DNA of 64,000 nucleotides from Eledone cirrhosa (taxonomy: Eukaryota): contig OZ024744.1 of NCBI GenBank assembly GCA_964016885.1, positions 97,216,001-97,280,000 on the forward strand, in the 5' to 3' direction. Each line of letters starts with the position of its first letter. Position 1 is the stretch's first letter. The notes beneath the pieces were generated by a model. That model saw only the letters and a list, made by a program, of their open reading frames with translations. It had not been told where the DNA came from and did no database searches. Below, piece by piece: positions 14,231-29,400 of this stretch. The translations under genes were made by a program, and so were the position numbers.

Positions 14231-14274
14231 ATGAACTTATTATTATTATTATTATTATTATTATTGTTGTTATT

Positions 14275-14823
14275 CCTTGAATCTCAGTCATTGATGTTGG
14301 TTAACTGGAAAGTCCGTTGGAATGAATATCAAGCCACTACCTGCAGCCTCAGATATTCAGGACGTATCGGAGGGTTCTTGCTGTTCCAAGCAAGCATGCC
14401 TTTTGAAGCGTTCCAAAAAGCGTGAAGGGGCCGATTTTCTTTAACCATCCCTGGAAACTTTTGGAGATAGTCCCCAGTGCGCCTATGACAATCGGGATCA
14501 CTTTGACTTCATGGCAGTTCCAAATCCTTTTCACCTCCCACTTTAGGTCCTGGTATCGGTTAATTTTCTCCCTCTCCTTCTCTTGCACTCTCGTGTCGAA
14601 AGGGCAGGCCACATCCACAATCAGACATGATCTTTTTTCTTTGTCCACAACCACCAGGTCAGGTCTATTGTGTTCCAGTTTTTTGTCCGTCTGTATCCTA
14701 AAATCCCACAGCACCTTCACCTGATTGTTCTCCATCACCGCCTCTGGCCTATGCTCATACCATTTCTCAGAATGTGGTAAATTGTTTACTTTGCACAGGT
14801 GCCAGTGGATCACCCTGCCCATC
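14275..14823 (-). mobile_element. R4/Dong-type 3' fragment C (RLE domain plus 3' UTR), same family as copy F
   Basis: Near-identical to 26413-26960; (ATT)n on both sides (14238-14274, 14825-14853). Confidence 0.93.
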
Positions 14824-14853
<30 letters not shown>

Positions 14854-14854
<1 letters not shown>

Positions 14855-17800
14855 GGCCGCACATGTGTGAAGACAGACAAGTCTGCGGGGAAAAGGTTCG
14901 TAGCTTTAAGCTGTTTTAAAGTGTCTTTTTTTTGTATTTTCTTGTCATTAACGAAACTTAAGGTACACATCTTGATTTAAAGAGAGGGATACCTCTCAAT
15001 ATTCGGGCTTTAAGCCCGAATATTCAGATTTATTTTTTAAAATCTTCGATAAAAATCGCTGCTCCACCAAAAGAAAATTATGGAAATTTTCGACCTTGAA
15101 ACGGTAAACAACGTTCAGGTCAAAAGTTTAAAGGCAGCCACTGCAGATTTCACCATGACTACGACGGCTACAGTCATGCCTGTCATCCACTCTACTGAAT
15201 GTGAAGGCAAAACTAAAAAGCTACCATTACAACCTTCTGCCATAGCAGCAGTATCATCTGAAAACGACATCACCACCACCGCCACCACCACCACCACCAC
15301 CACAACAACAACTCAGAGCAATAACGACAAAAACACCGACAGCTTCAATGTAAACAAGGATGGCGGTGGCAACAGCAAGAATGACAACAACAACAATAAG
15401 AGCATCAGAAACACCACATTTGCTGCAGCAGCAGCAGCAAAAACAAAGCGCTTATTGAATATCGATATTGATATTAGCGATAAAGACGAACAGTTGGCCA
15501 AAGCGTGGAGGCTAATTAAACGGGAGAAGTCCTGGGCAAACCTGGCCATCCCGGACGGGGCAATAGCGGCCATGCAAAGGAGGATGGTGTTCTTTCCATG
15601 CATTTCGGTGCAGACACGAAAAGTGGAACTTGCGAGCCAAGCAGAGGTAGAGGCTGCTTTGGAGTACATCGGAAGTAACATAGAGTACAAAGCAAGAGGC
15701 AAACAGTTCGGTACCATCTCGGTACTGTTCAAATCCGAGGCCCTCGCTATTAAGCACTCGGTGACCCCTGCAGAACGGAACGCATTATCATGCATCCGTC
15801 CTATATGGGTAAAAGGACAGTGAAGGTACGCATTCCCAGCATCCCACCAGGAATGAACATATGGTGGCTGCTGGGATGCGTAATCGAGGAGGGGACAGAC
15901 ACCACCCTCCTGAACATCAAAAGGACAGAGAGAGAAGACTGGTCCGGAATGGATTTGGAGATTCTTCTCCAAATGAAACCGGAGGATATAAATAACATCC
16001 CAGATTTTGCCCGCCTGCAGGACGGGACAACAATCCAACTAATGATTGACGGAAGAAGGCCACGTTGCTTCGTTTGCGGGGAAGCCACGCATCTTCAAGC
16101 CTTCTGCCCTCAGCGCAAAAATGCAGGGGGTCGCAAACCTCCTTTGTTGCCAACGCCAGTGTCAGCACGGAAAGCTGCACCACCACCACCACCAAAAACA
16201 ACATCAACAAAAACACGGACACCAACATCAAAAGCAGCCGGATCACCACCAACACCAAAACCAATCCAAGGAGAAAACGAGGAAAGCTCTCCCACTCCCC
16301 CCCCCCCCCCCCAACTATATACATAGACAAAAAAAAAATAAACGCACACACAGACACAGAGACACTCACAGACACAGACCCTTTGTCTTCCAGCAGCGAA
16401 GATGAAGGAAAACCCAAAAGTGCAAAAAAAACAGAAAACTCACAAAAAAAAAAAAAGCCCCAACAAAACACAAAAACACACACAACAAAAAATACAGACA
16501 CCACTAACGCAGACACTTCCCCAATAACATCAGCACCATCAGCAACATCGACACCACCTCCACAATCCCCGAAACGCAAACAACCTAAACAAACAAGTAC
16601 AAATAAACACACAAATACCTGAAATTGCAGACACCACACCTACAACAAACATAGACATACCCGAAACAACACCACCAAAACCATCGCCACCACCTTCACC
16701 AAAACGAAAACAAATAAAACCACACCAACAAAATGTTAAAAACTTCGTGCTTGTCAGAAGGGCCAACGATAAACTGATGGCCCTCTTAGCGCGAAGCGAG
16801 GACATTCAAACAGAGGGGGAGATTTTTGAAATGAGCACATTTTGCGTGCCAGACGATTTGCTTCTGGTCCGAATGTCACTCAATTCCTTCAAAGAAATTC
16901 GAGAGAGCTTTCCTCAAGACGTGGGAAACCCGAATGTGAAACCCACATCAAGACTTTTAAAGGGGTTCCCAAAAGAAACCCCACCAACCATGGAGGTCGA
17001 ACCACCCGACCTTCACAAGACCCGGGAGGTAAGTAAACCTTCCCTCTCTCTCTCTCTCTTAGCTTACCAATATGGCCATATTAAGAGTAGGAAGTTTAAA
17101 TGTTCGCGGCCTGGGGTCACCCTGGAAGCAGGGTCGCCTGATCAACGACCTCCGGTCGCTGGAAATGGATGTGATTGCCGTAAGCGAGACCAGAATTTCC
17201 GACACGCGTGCACTAGCCCCCATTTTCGACGACTATCAGATCTTCGCATCTGTTAGCAGGCCGGGAATGGGGGTGGGGTGGCAGTGCTGTTTAGGAAAGG
17301 ACTGGATCTCGAGGTAAGGTCGATCTTCCGGGACCCGGACGGTAAGTTGGTGGTCTTGGATGTGAGCAGTAGCGAAGGTGGTGCCTTTAGACTGCTGGCC
17401 GTCTACGCCCCTACAGGGGCCGGACGACCTGACTTCTTTAGGCGCCTGGAGACCTTTCTGGGTACGTCTCGCCCTTTACTGTTAGCGGGGGACTGGAATG
17501 GCATCTTAGACGCACGCTAGGATTGTGTGGGAGTAGCCGATAGGAGCGGGGGGTGCAAAAGCCTCAAGCACCTACTCAGCCAGTTCCAACTGTTTGACAG
17601 GTATCGACTAGACCACCCCAATGTGCCAGTATGGACATGGACCAACCGAATGGGGTCATCTAGATCGTATATAGACAGAATCTTCATTAGGAAAATAGAT
17701 AGCAATAGTGTGGGCTGTCCGCTTTTTAAAACGGTCGCCTATTCAGATCACAAATTTGTGATCTGTACGGTCGACCTAAATAAAACGCGTAGGTTAGGAC

Positions 17801-20765
17801 CGGGTTACTGGAAGCTGAACATGTCATTTCCGGCACGTAAGGCTTACAGGGACCGAGTCAATAAGTTAGTTAAGCAAAAGTTGACAGGGGGGATCATCAA
17901 CAACAGATGGTGGGGGGCTCTCAAAAGAGAGATTAGAGTAACTTCGATAGAGTTCAGCAAAGAACTAGCGTTAGAGAAAAATAGAAAGGAGGGGGAGCTG
18001 GTAGATAAGTTAGACGAGGCTATTTGTAGTGGCATCGCAACTGACGTGCTAGCGGCGAGAATGGCATTAGACCATTTCTTCAATGCCAAACACGAAGGTT
18101 GCATTGTCAGAGCTAAGGCGCGTGCGCTGAGAAACGAGGGAACTAAAGCTGTTCGATGGGCCCGCGTGGCGGAGGCGCAGCGTGGTAATAAAACCACAAT
18201 TCGGTCTTTGGCGGACCGAGACGGACACGAGATAAGCGATTCCAAGCGGATGTGTGAGGCCTTTCGCCAGCACTTTGCTCGGTTGTTCGGGGAGAGTGGC
18301 GAGTCAGAGAGAGTAGCGGATTTTAGTCCCTACCTTGACGGCTTGCCGCGCATCTCGACGGTCGACGCTGAGCGCTGCGAAAGGCCGATTACTTCAGCCG
18401 AAATTCAGGACGCCCTTGTCGGCTGCATGAGGCGCAAGTCACCCGGTTTGGATGGCCTGCCCTACGAGCTTTACGTAAATATGCCAGACTTATTCTCCGA
18501 ACTCCTCGAAGCACTCTACTGTAACTGGCAGCAGAATGGCAGTATTCCCAGTTCTGTGAGCAGGGAAGTGGTGACGCTGATAAGGAAAGACGAGAACAAG
18601 AGGGATACATTAGACAACTTCAGGCCCATAACTCTGCTCAACACAGAGTTTAAGATTTTGGCCAAGGTGTTAGCAAAGAGATTGGCGCTTGTCGTCGAGG
18701 ATTTGGTTGGGGAGGCGCAAACTTGCGCAATCCCAGCCAGGTCCATACACGACAATCTCCACCTCATGCGATACATCATAGAGAGGGTAGGTGTAAACCT
18801 GGCTTGGGGGGGGGGGGGGCACTGATCAATTTAGATCAATCGAAAGCATTCGATAGGGTCGACCATCGGTATCTGGAGTTTGTCCTCAAAGCAGCTGGCT
18901 TCGGCCCTGTCTTTAGAAGCTGGATCGTTGCAATGCACAGCGGCACACGCTCGGTGGTCAAGGTTAATGGCCATCTCTCGGAACCATTTCGGCTCTCCCG
19001 ATCGGTCCGTCAAGGGTGCCCTCTCTCTTCCCTTCTGTACGTATTGACTCTCGAGCCTTTACTGCGGAAGCTGGAGCTGTTGCAGGGCATCCCGCTCGAA
19101 CCGAGACGTGGAAAGGCGGTGTCGGCTTATGCGGACGACATCACCGTGATGGTGTCGAACACCTCAGAAATCGAGGTGGTCGGCACCTTATTGAAGGAAT
19201 ATGAAAGGTTGACAGGAGCCAAACTTAACCCGGAAAAGTCGGTGGGCTTGCAGCTCGGAACCTGGAGAGGCAAGCCCATGCCGTCCAACAGCGTCGTGGG
19301 GCGCTGGACGGACGGACCAGTAAAGTTGCTCGGGGTTTGGTTCGGACCAGACCTCCAGGTGGAAAAGAATTGGTACGAGGTAACGAGCAGAGTAGCCAGT
19401 CTCACCCAAAAATGGGCTGGGAGGAAGCTATCACTGAAAGGTCGCGCGGAGGTGGCGAATGCGTACATCGCGTCCGTCATCTATTACCGCCTAACCGTCG
19501 TGCCTTTCCCCCGTCCGCGCCTCGTCAAGTTGGAACGGCTCCTCTTCAAATTCTTGTGGAGGGGACAAGTTCCGTTGGTGAGGCGGTCCATCTGCTGCCA
19601 GCACCCTCTGCGCGGAGGGCTGGGCATGCCGTGGCTAATGATGCGCAGACATGCGTTGAGGCTGCGACATCTCCAGCCTTAATGGTGAACAGGTGTGGTC
19701 GCCGTTTATCAGACGGGCCTTTCCGCAGCTCATTTCTTTGACTGAGCTGCAATCCTGGGTCAAGAAGAGACCGAGACTGGGTGACTGGCACCTGGAATGT
19801 TGCCAGGCACTCACTGCCCTCTACCAAGCGGGCAATGCGATCAGTGGAACTTCCACTCTCGAGTTCTATAGAGGATTAGTGGTGGGCAAGTGCGATGACG
19901 CACTCGGAGAAGCTTTGGGCCTCGACGAAGTCGAACTGACCAGTCTGTACCGGAGGACTTTTGAGCCGGGGACGATGGACAATTTACAGAAATCCCTCGC
20001 TTGGCAGTGCTACCGGGGGGCACTGCCGGTTCGGGATAAACTCTACAGGCACGGAAGTGCTGTCAGATGGACCTGCCCGAGATGCGCGCAGAGCGACGAA
20101 ACCGTTCTGCACGCATTTGTCCAATGTCCGTGCATTACTGACTTGTGGAGTTATGTCGAACAGCTACTGTCGCGTGTGGAACGAATCCGGGTATCGGCCG
20201 AGTCCATAGTGAAGATCGAGCCGCCACCTTCCTTAGGTCAGGAAGAGCAGGACATTTTCCTCTGTCTGGTGGCAGTTGCGAAAGAGATTATATGGTGGAC
20301 CAGGTTGAAAGGCCTGAAGACAGACACTTTTCTCTTCGGCCAATCCCTCATCAACTTCTTCAAGTTTCACCTGGAAAGGAAGGTGAGGGTGGAGAGAGAA
20401 GTGCTGCCCCCCAGTACATTTGCTAAAAGGTGGGTGAATGTGGCGAGAATGGCTCCTGTGAATGGGCCTACTCTGACCATGCGCCTATAGGCTAGCTAAC
20501 TTGAGGAGAGGGGTGCTCTCCTGGGTGCCCTAGAAGCGCAGGGTGGTTCAGGATTGATGGGGTACCCGAATCACCCCCGGGTCGTCCACCCCCTATCGGG
20601 GAATTTATTTTGTTATATTTTGCATAGTTTATTTTATATTTTTATATTTTCATTGTTAAATTAGTCTTGCCATTGTGCACTTTTACTCGACCTTATTGTA
20701 AACCCCCACTGTCCCTGTCTTTGTATTGTCCCCTACATGTCGGCCCTTGTGGCTAATAAATGAAA

Positions 20766-20767
<2 letters not shown>
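14854..20767 (+). mobile_element. Tx1/L1-type copy D, apparently full length, divergent family, disrupted
   Basis: ORF1 from 15080 (CFVCGEATHLQAFC knuckle); ORF2 17072-20490 (SLNVRGL, GDWN, SDH, FRPITLLN, RQGCPLS, AYADD, CPRC) with frameshifts and a stop; AATAAA at 20755; (ATT)n at 20768-20799. Confidence 0.93.
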
Positions 20768-20799
<32 letters not shown>

Positions 20800-23700
20800 C
20801 TAATGCTATGGTTGACGGAGGCTCGGTTATGTAAGGTATTGTAAATTTTGACCGCTTTAACAATTGTAAATTTTTTAAAACTTTAACCAAATTGTAGACA
20901 AAAACACCCTCCTCCTCGTGAGAGGGGTCTTTCTGCCCGTTATTTGGCCCTTCGGGGTTAAATAACTGCTTATTGGGGTTTCGTACCCAATATTTATTTT
21001 AAACCAAAAAAAAACATGGCTACGAAAAAGAAATTTCATACGTCACTCCCACTCATTCCGTCTTCTTCTTCCTCAATGGTCAATACAGCAGAGAGAAGAT
21101 TGTCTCTCTCCCTCCCTTCTCTAAATGTGTCTCTCTCCCTCCCTTCTCTTTCGCAAGCGACGCCAATAAAGAAAAATCTCGTAGAAAGCGTGCAACATTT
21201 CTCCACGACGACGACGACAACGACGAAAAAGGTGTGCGGGAAATACGAAAACCCATTTCATTCATCTGACGTCATGAATAATAGCAGTAGCAGCCGTAAT
21301 AACAGCAGCAGCAGCAACAGTGACAAGGATAACAACAGTAGCAGCCGCAACAGCATCAGCAGCAGCATAAACAACAACAGCATTAGCAGCAACAGCAACA
21401 ACAGCAGCAGCAGCAGCAACAACAACAACAACCACAGCAACAGCGGCGGCGGCAGTAATCGTAGTACCTGCTGCAACAACAAAAGTAACAGCAGCTCTGA
21501 CGATAACAACAGCAGCAAAGAAAAACCAATCTCGTTTGCAGGTATCGCAAAGAACCTGGAAACCATCCTCATAACAAATGAGGAATTACAGGAAGCGAAG
21601 AAGATGGTGACGAAAACCGGACTCTGAGCAATCTGCAAGGCAGCCGAAACATTTTTCGAAACCCAACAGCTCTGTACGGTCACGTACCGTACAGTAAGCA
21701 CAAAATCCCGTAGGGTTGAAAGAGCCACAGAGGCTCAAATACAAAAAGCCTTAGGGTCTGTGCGGGAGCGGAAAACGCATATCACCCGAGGCAAGAAATA
21801 TGCCACCGTAGACGTGATTTTTGCCACACCCCAGGAGGCAAAGGCTCAATCCTTAGTGACCCTAAGGAGTGAGGAAATGGTGTTGGTGCCCTCCTACTGC
21901 GGGCAAAAAATTGTGAGGGTCAAACTGCCCCCCCCCCCCCGATGGCCCCTTCTTGGCTGGCCGCGTCTGTCCTCGTCGGAATCGAGGACAAAACAACTGT
22001 ACTGCAAGTACAGAAAAAAGTAAGAGAAGATTGGGTCGGCACCTCCATTGAGATGTTAATCCAAACCAACCAGGAGTGCATCGAAGCTATCCCGGATGTG
22101 ATAGACTTCGATAACGGCACTCAACTGCCCATAAGTGTTGAGTGCAAACGCCCGAAATGCTTTCGCTGTGGATCGAAGACTCACCTCAGGGTCTTCTGCA
22201 ACGAAAAGACCCTGAGAAAGGAGAAAACCCCCTCCTTCCGAAACCGGCTCCACGGCTATCAGCAACAGGACAAGCGGCAACCAGGAACGATAGGTCCGTG
22301 ACACCCATACCCACGCCACGGAAATCAAGAACAGCAGCAGCAGTGGAAGTATTAACAACAACAACAACAGTAATACCAAATGCAGCTGCAACAGAGACTC
22401 CACTGCAAACATCACCAACAACAACAAGTGAAAGAGTGGAGCTGGTACCCCTCCCCGACCTCACAGAATCAGACATGGAGTGTGAGGTGGGTAAGGGATG
22501 GCAAAAGGTCGTAAGCAGGCACAAACGCAGAAGCAGCGCATCGTCGCCTTCGAAAAAGGGAGGAAAGAAATGAAAAAAGGGTAAAGGGCAAAGAGACTCA
22601 CAGCAGCAACACCACCAACATCATCACCACCGCCAACAACAACAACACCTTCAACACCACCACCACAAGCACTAACATCGCAAACACAACAACAAAACAC
22701 ACACACCCAGCAACAACGACAAGAAAATAGCAGAACCACACCCCACCCCCAGAAAAACAAATGCACGGTAATAAATACACACAACAAGAAACTAATGACT
22801 TACATAATTGAACACACAGACATTTCACAACAGGACTACATAATACTAGCACCAATCAAAACGCCAACGAACATAAGACTGGTAAAAATAGCACAGAAAC
22901 AATACACAAACATTAAAACGAAATTCCCCAACGCAGTTGGTGATTTCAGAGACCTAGGAGGGACTCTCAACCGGAGAGTATATTCGGATATACTCACAGA
23001 AGAGCCGACGACCAGACGAAGGGACGATTCAACGGTCCCTCCACCAGACGATCAAGTGAAAAGGGATGGTGAAACCATCCTTCCTCTACGAAAAGTACGG
23101 TAAGTGGTCTTTCCTATCTTTTCCACTCCATTTTAAACATGACCTCACTCAGAATAGGCAGCATAAATGCGCGTGGCTTGGGGTCGTCATGGAAGCAGAG
23201 TCACCTGCTCAACAACCTCAGGTCACTAAACATAGATGTAGTGGCCATCAGCGAGACCAGAATCTCCGAAGCAGGGGCTTTCGCACCGATCTTCGGCGGC
23301 TACGTGTGGACGCATCTCCCAGCCGTCCTGGATCGGTGGGAGGAGTTGCTGTGCTTTTTCGGAGAGGTTTGGATCTCGCCATACGGGCCATCTTCCTGGA
23401 CCCAGAGGGTAAGTTGGTGGTGCTGGACGTGACCAGCGGAGACGGGCAAGCTTTCAGGCTAGTGGCCGTCTATGCCCCGACAGGAGCAGGGCGGCCTGAT
23501 TTCTTCCGGCGTCTGGAGACCTTTCTTGGAACGTCCCGCTCTTTAGTGTTAGTGGGCGACTGGAACGGGATCTTAGATGCACGCTGGGACTGTGTGGGAT
23601 TAGCGGATAGGGGAGGAGGGTGCAAGAGCCTCACCAACCTGCTCAGGCGTTTTGAACTGTCTGATAGGTACCGATTGGATTTCCCGAATGTACCAATGTG

Positions 23701-26381
23701 GACTTGGACAAATCGCATAGGGTCATCCAGATCATATCTAGATAGAGTATTTTGTAGCGAAATAGATAGGTCTAGCATAGGCTGTCCACAATTCAAGATA
23801 GTCAGCTACACGGACCACACATTCGTGATCTGTGTGCTTGACTTAGATAGGCTTCATAGACGAGGACCCGGCTACTGGAAGCTAAACGCGTCCTTACCAG
23901 CGCGCAACGCCTACAGAGACCGGATTAGCGAACTAGCTAAGCGGGCGTTGACGGGGGCCATCGTCAACAAGAAGTGGTGATTTGCTCTGAAAAGAGCGAT
24001 TAGAATAGAATCCATTAGGTTTAGTAAGGCTTTAGAAATAGAGAAAAATAGAGCAGAGGGAGAACTAGTTAGAAAATTAGACGAGGCGCTTAGCAAAGGC
24101 ATCGCGACCGACGTGCTTGCGGCGAAATTGGCCCTTGACAAATTCTTCAATGCAAAGCACGAAGGCTGCGTTGTCAGAGCTAGGGTGCGTGCTCTCATAC
24201 ACGAGGGGACGAAAGCTGTTCAATAGGCCCGAGTGGCGGAGGCGCGTCGTGGCAACAAAGCCACGATCCGGTCTTTGGTGGACCACGACGGGCGCATGCT
24301 ACTCGATCCCGAGCAAATGTGTGAAGCTTTTCAGCGACACTTCGCTCAGCTGTTCGGGGCAGCGGTGTGCCGGGTCGAGGGATGGACTTTAGTGTCTACC
24401 TCGACGGACTGCCGCGGTTCTCGGCCACTGAGGCGGAGTGTTGCGAAAAGCCGATAACAGCCGCTGAAGTACGGGAGGCAATGACTGGCTGCACAAGGGG
24501 TAAATCGCCTGGTTTGGATGGTCTGCCCTATGAACTTTACGTACAGATGCCAGACTTGTTCGGAGGCCTCTTGGCGGATGTCTACTGCAACTGGCAACAG
24601 AACGGGAGAATTCCCAGCTCTGTGAGCCGAGGAGCGGTAGCACTGCTGAGAAAGGATCCGAACAAGGGGGATAACATAGATAATTTCAGGCCCATAACTC
24701 TGCTAAACACAGAGTTCAAGATTTTGGCCAAGGTGCTAGCAAACGTGCGAGCCATTACTGCACAAACTGGAGACGTTCTGGGGGGTCCCGCGCGAACTAG
24801 GATGCGGAAGATCCGTGTCAGCATATGCGGACGATGTCACCGTAGTGGTGTCGAACGCCAAACACATCGAGGCGATCGGCACTACACTAAGAGAATACGA
24901 AGCGGTGACAGGAGCAATGATCAACCAGGAAAAGTCAGTGGGCCTGCACCTCGGCACCTGGAGAGAAAGGTCCATGCCGTCCAACAGCGTCGTCGGGCGC
25001 TGGATGGACGGACCAGTTAAATTGCTCGGCGTCTGGTTCGGTCCGGATCTCCAGACGGACAAAAACTAGGACGAGGTGACGAGCAGGGTGGCTTCTCTCA
25101 CCCAGAAATGGGCCGAGAGGAAGCTATCCCTGAAAGGTCGAGCGGAGGTGGCTAACGCGTATATCGCGTCCGTCATCTACTTCCGCCTGACCGTCGTACC
25201 TTGTCCTAGCCCCGCCTGACTGCGCTGGAGCGTTTGCTCTTTCGCTTTTTGTGGAACGGACGCGCTCCGATGGTCAGGCGGTCCATCTGCTGTCAACACC
25301 CGCTACGTGGATGGCTGGGAATGCCGTGGCTGATGATGCGCAGACGGTGATCAGGTCTTTCCCCAGCTCGTCTCCTTGGCGGAGCTGCAGTCCTGGGTCA
25401 AGCGAAGACCGAGAGGGAACGCTTGGCGACTGGAATGTCTTCAGGTGCTCACAGCCCTCGACCAATCGGGCAATGTGATCAGTGGAAACTCCACCTTGGC
25501 GTTCGATAGAGGATTAGTGGAGGGGAAGAGCGACGACGTACTTGGGGAAACTTTAGGCGTCGACGAAAATCAACTAGCCAATCTCTTCAGAAGAACTTTC
25601 GGGTCGGGGCCTATGGACAACTTCCAGAAATCCCTGGCCTGGCAGTGCTACCGAGGAGCTTTGCCAGTTCGCGATAAACTTTACAGGCATGGAGGTGCCG
25701 TCACCGGGCATGTCCGAGATGCGCGCAGGGCGACGAAACCGTCCTGCACTCACTCGTCCAGTGTCCGAGCATTGCTGACTTGTGGGTTTATGTCGAACAC
25801 CTGCTGTCGCGTGTAGGACGGATCGAGCTATCAGCTGAGTCCATCGTGAGGATTGCCCCGCCCTCTTCCTTTAGCCGGGAAGGGCAGGCTGTTTATATCT
25901 GTCTGGTGCCCATGGCGAAAGAGATAGTATGGTGGACACGTTTGAAAGGGCTGAAGACGAACACTTACCTCTTCGGTGATGCCCTGATTAACTTTTTCAA
26001 ATTTCATTTGAAAAGGAAAATCAGGGTAGAAAGGGAAGTGCTCTCTTCCCAGCATTTTGTTGAAAGATGGGTGAGAGAAGCAAGACTGGCCCGAGTGAAT
26101 GGCCTACTCTGAGTATGTGTCTGTAAATTAAAGGTGGAAAACTGGGAGAGGGCACTTGCCCTGGTGGTCAGGGTCACTGTGGCTTTTTAATGGGCTTTCT
26201 CCACCAATGTCCCTCGGAAGTCTCCCCCCTCCCCCTATTGGGGAATTTTTTCATTGTTCTATTATTACATCCTCTGTTTCTTTTTTTTACACGCAGAAAT
26301 GCCCATTTGTACCGCCCTGTATTGTCCTGTACTGTCCTTAATGTCTACTTTATGTAAACCCTTGTGGTTAATAAAGAAATC
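20800..26381 (+). mobile_element. Tx1/L1-type copy E with intact ends, degraded, internal deletion in RT at ~24745
   Basis: Same 5' UTR/ORF1/ORF2 as copy G; multiple stops and frameshifts; AATAAA at 26370; (ATT)n at 26382-26412. Confidence 0.93.
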
Positions 26382-26412
26382 ATTATTATTATTATTATTA
26401 TTATTGTTGTTA

Positions 26413-29400
26413 TTCCTTGAATCTCAGTCATTGATGTTAACTGGAAAGTCCGTTGGATTGAATATCAAGCCACTACCTGCAGCCTCAGATATTCAGGACG
26501 TATCGGAGGGTTCTTGCTGTTCCAAGCAAGCATGCCTTTTGAAGCGTTCCAAAAAGCGTGAAGAAGCCGATTTTCTTTAACCATCCCTGGAAACCTTTGG
26601 AGATAGTCCCCAGTGCGCCTATGACAATCGGGATCACTTTGACTTCATGGCAGTTCCAAATCCTTTTCACCTCCCACTTTAGGTCCTGGTATCGGTTAAT
26701 TTTCTCCCTCTCCTTCTCTTGCACTCTCGTGTCGAACGGGCAGGCCACATCCACAATCAGGCACGATCTTTTTTCTTTGTCCACAACCACCAGGTCAGGT
26801 CTATTGTGTTCCAGTTTTTTGTCCGTCTGTATCCTAAAATCCCACAGCACCTTCACCTGACTGTTCTCCATCACCGCCTCTGGCCTATGCTCATACCATT
26901 TCTCAGAATGTGGTAGATTGTTTACTTTGCACAGGTGCCAGTGGATCACCCTGCCCATCACATCGTGTCTCCAGCCCTTATAGTGGGTCTGGGCTAGGTG
27001 TTTACACTCGGACACAATGTGAGCCACAGTCTCCTCTCTCTCTCCACAGATCCTGCACAGTGGGCTAGCCTCCTCCTTGTAGATATGGTGCTTCAACCAC
27101 TTCGTTTTGAGGGCCTGCTCCTGCGCAGCCATTAGCATTCCTTCTGTAGCCTTTTTGAGGTCTCCTCTTCTCAACCAGTTCCATGTCTGTGGATCTCTAA
27201 ATTCAGTTTTCTCAAAGAAGGTACTATGAAGGGATTTTCCCTTAAGGCTGCTCTTCCTCCTTGATGTTATTTCCTCCTTGGGTATCCCCTGGCCTACTGT
27301 CCCCTCCTTCAGTACAGCTCTGAGCATTGGCTCCTTACTATAGGTCACGTATTTGTATAGGTTGTTTTTCTCCATCTGAACACAGTCCTCTATGCTGATA
27401 AGACCTCTTCCACCCTCAGATCTCCTTAGGTAGAGTCTATCGACATCACTCCTCTTGTGGAACATGTTGTAGATAGTCAATAGCTTCCTAGTCTTCCTAT
27501 CCATTTCTTTTTGTTCAGCAACATTCCATCTCAGAATTCCCGCACTGTACCTAATAATAGACACAGCTCGGGAATTTACTGCGCTTATGGCATTTCTGCT
27601 GTTCAGATGTGACTTCAATACGCTCCTTACTCTCCGAATGTATTCAGTTCTTAACAATTCCTTCATTTTTTTGTTCTTTATGCCATCAGCCTCCAGAACG
27701 CCCAAATACTTGTATCCTTCCTCAGAGTCAATTTCCTTTATCATCTCACCTGTTGGTATCTGGATCCCGTTACTTCTGCTCAACCTACCCCTCCTCATCA
27801 CAATGACTCCACATTTACCAATACCAAACTGCATACATATATCACTGCTGAAAATACGGACAGTGTCAACAAGCACATCCAACTCCTTCTCACTTTTCCC
27901 GAAGAGCTTAAGATCGTCCATGAAGAGGAGGTGATTGATGGTAAGCTCTCCCCTTCCCAACTTGTATCCTGCTCTCACTTTTCGCAGCATAATGGTCAAG
28001 GGCATCAGGGCAAGGACAAACAACAGAGGGGACAGGCTATCTCCCTGGAAGATACCTCTCTTGATCTTCACGCTTCCCAAGGATACTCCAGTTGATGTCA
28101 ACTCTGTCTCCCAGGACCCCATACTCCTGCCCAGCAACTGTCTGATGTTATCTGCCACCCTGAAGATCTCCAGGCTTTTGGTGATCCAGGAATGAGGCAC
28201 CATGTCAAATGCCTTTCTGTAGTCTATCCATCCCATGGCAAGATCAGTGTGTCTCCTCCTGCAATTCCCCATTACCATCTTATCAATAAGCAACTGGTCC
28301 TTTGTACCACGTGACTTCTTTCGGCATCCTTTCTGTTCGTCCGGCAACAAGTTGTTTGTGTGGAGGTGATGGTAGATTTCCTCAGACACAATGCTCGTCA
28401 ACAGTTTCCACATTACGGGCAGACATGTGATAGGTCTATAGTTGGTAACATCATTACCCTTGATTCGGTCTTTCATTATCAGAACTGTGGTACCTTTTGT
28501 CAACCACTCTGGCACCTCACCCGACACCAAGCAGTCATTGAACATGGCCGTCAGCTTCGGGTGGAGGGATGTTAAATGTTTAATCCAATACCCCTGCACA
28601 CCATCTGGGCCTGGTGATTTCCAGTTGGTTAGTTTTTTGGCTTGCCCCTTAAGAGTTTCAACTGTGATACTCAAATCAGTCTGTTGCTGTGCCTGCTCAC
28701 CGATCTCCCTCTGTACTGTCTCAATCCACCCTGCCTGGGCATTGTGTCTAACATCCTGCTCCCATATTCCTCTCCAGAATGTTTTAGCTTGTTCCGCCCC
28801 AGGGATCAAGTCGGTGCCTCTTTCTTTCCCCTCAAGCTGTCCAAACAGCATCTTCTGGTTGTTGTCGAACATGCGGTTCTGTTTATACTGACTGACTCTG
28901 TTCTCGTATCGCCTGATTTTGGCACTCTTTGCTACAATGCGTTGCTTCAATTCCTCTATGATAATATTTAGCTTTTTACTCCTAGTTTTGTATTTTATTT
29001 CCAGTCTATTTTTAGTGCCTATGTTTTTTAGTGTCCCATTCAGTAGTGACTCAAGCTTTCCTATGTCATTTCTCATTTCCCCGATTTGCCCACTCAGTCG
29101 CTTCTTCCACCACGGCTCTGCTCTTTCTTGTCTGTTGTTTCCTCTCGCTTTTATACCAAGTAGTTTCCTCACCGTATTTGCTGTTGCTTTGAGGATATTG
29201 TTGCACTGGTGAAGACTCCTCGCCTCAAGGTATGGGATGACTTTGTTTACCTTAGCTGTTGTTTCTTTTAACTTTTTCCTGTCTACAAATCTTAGGTTCA
29301 TAGGTCTCCCACTATCATTGTTCAACTCATCTACCACTAAATTTAGGATGTCAACCGAATCTTGTCCTAGCCCGTCAGCATTCATCTCCTCAGTGGCCGT

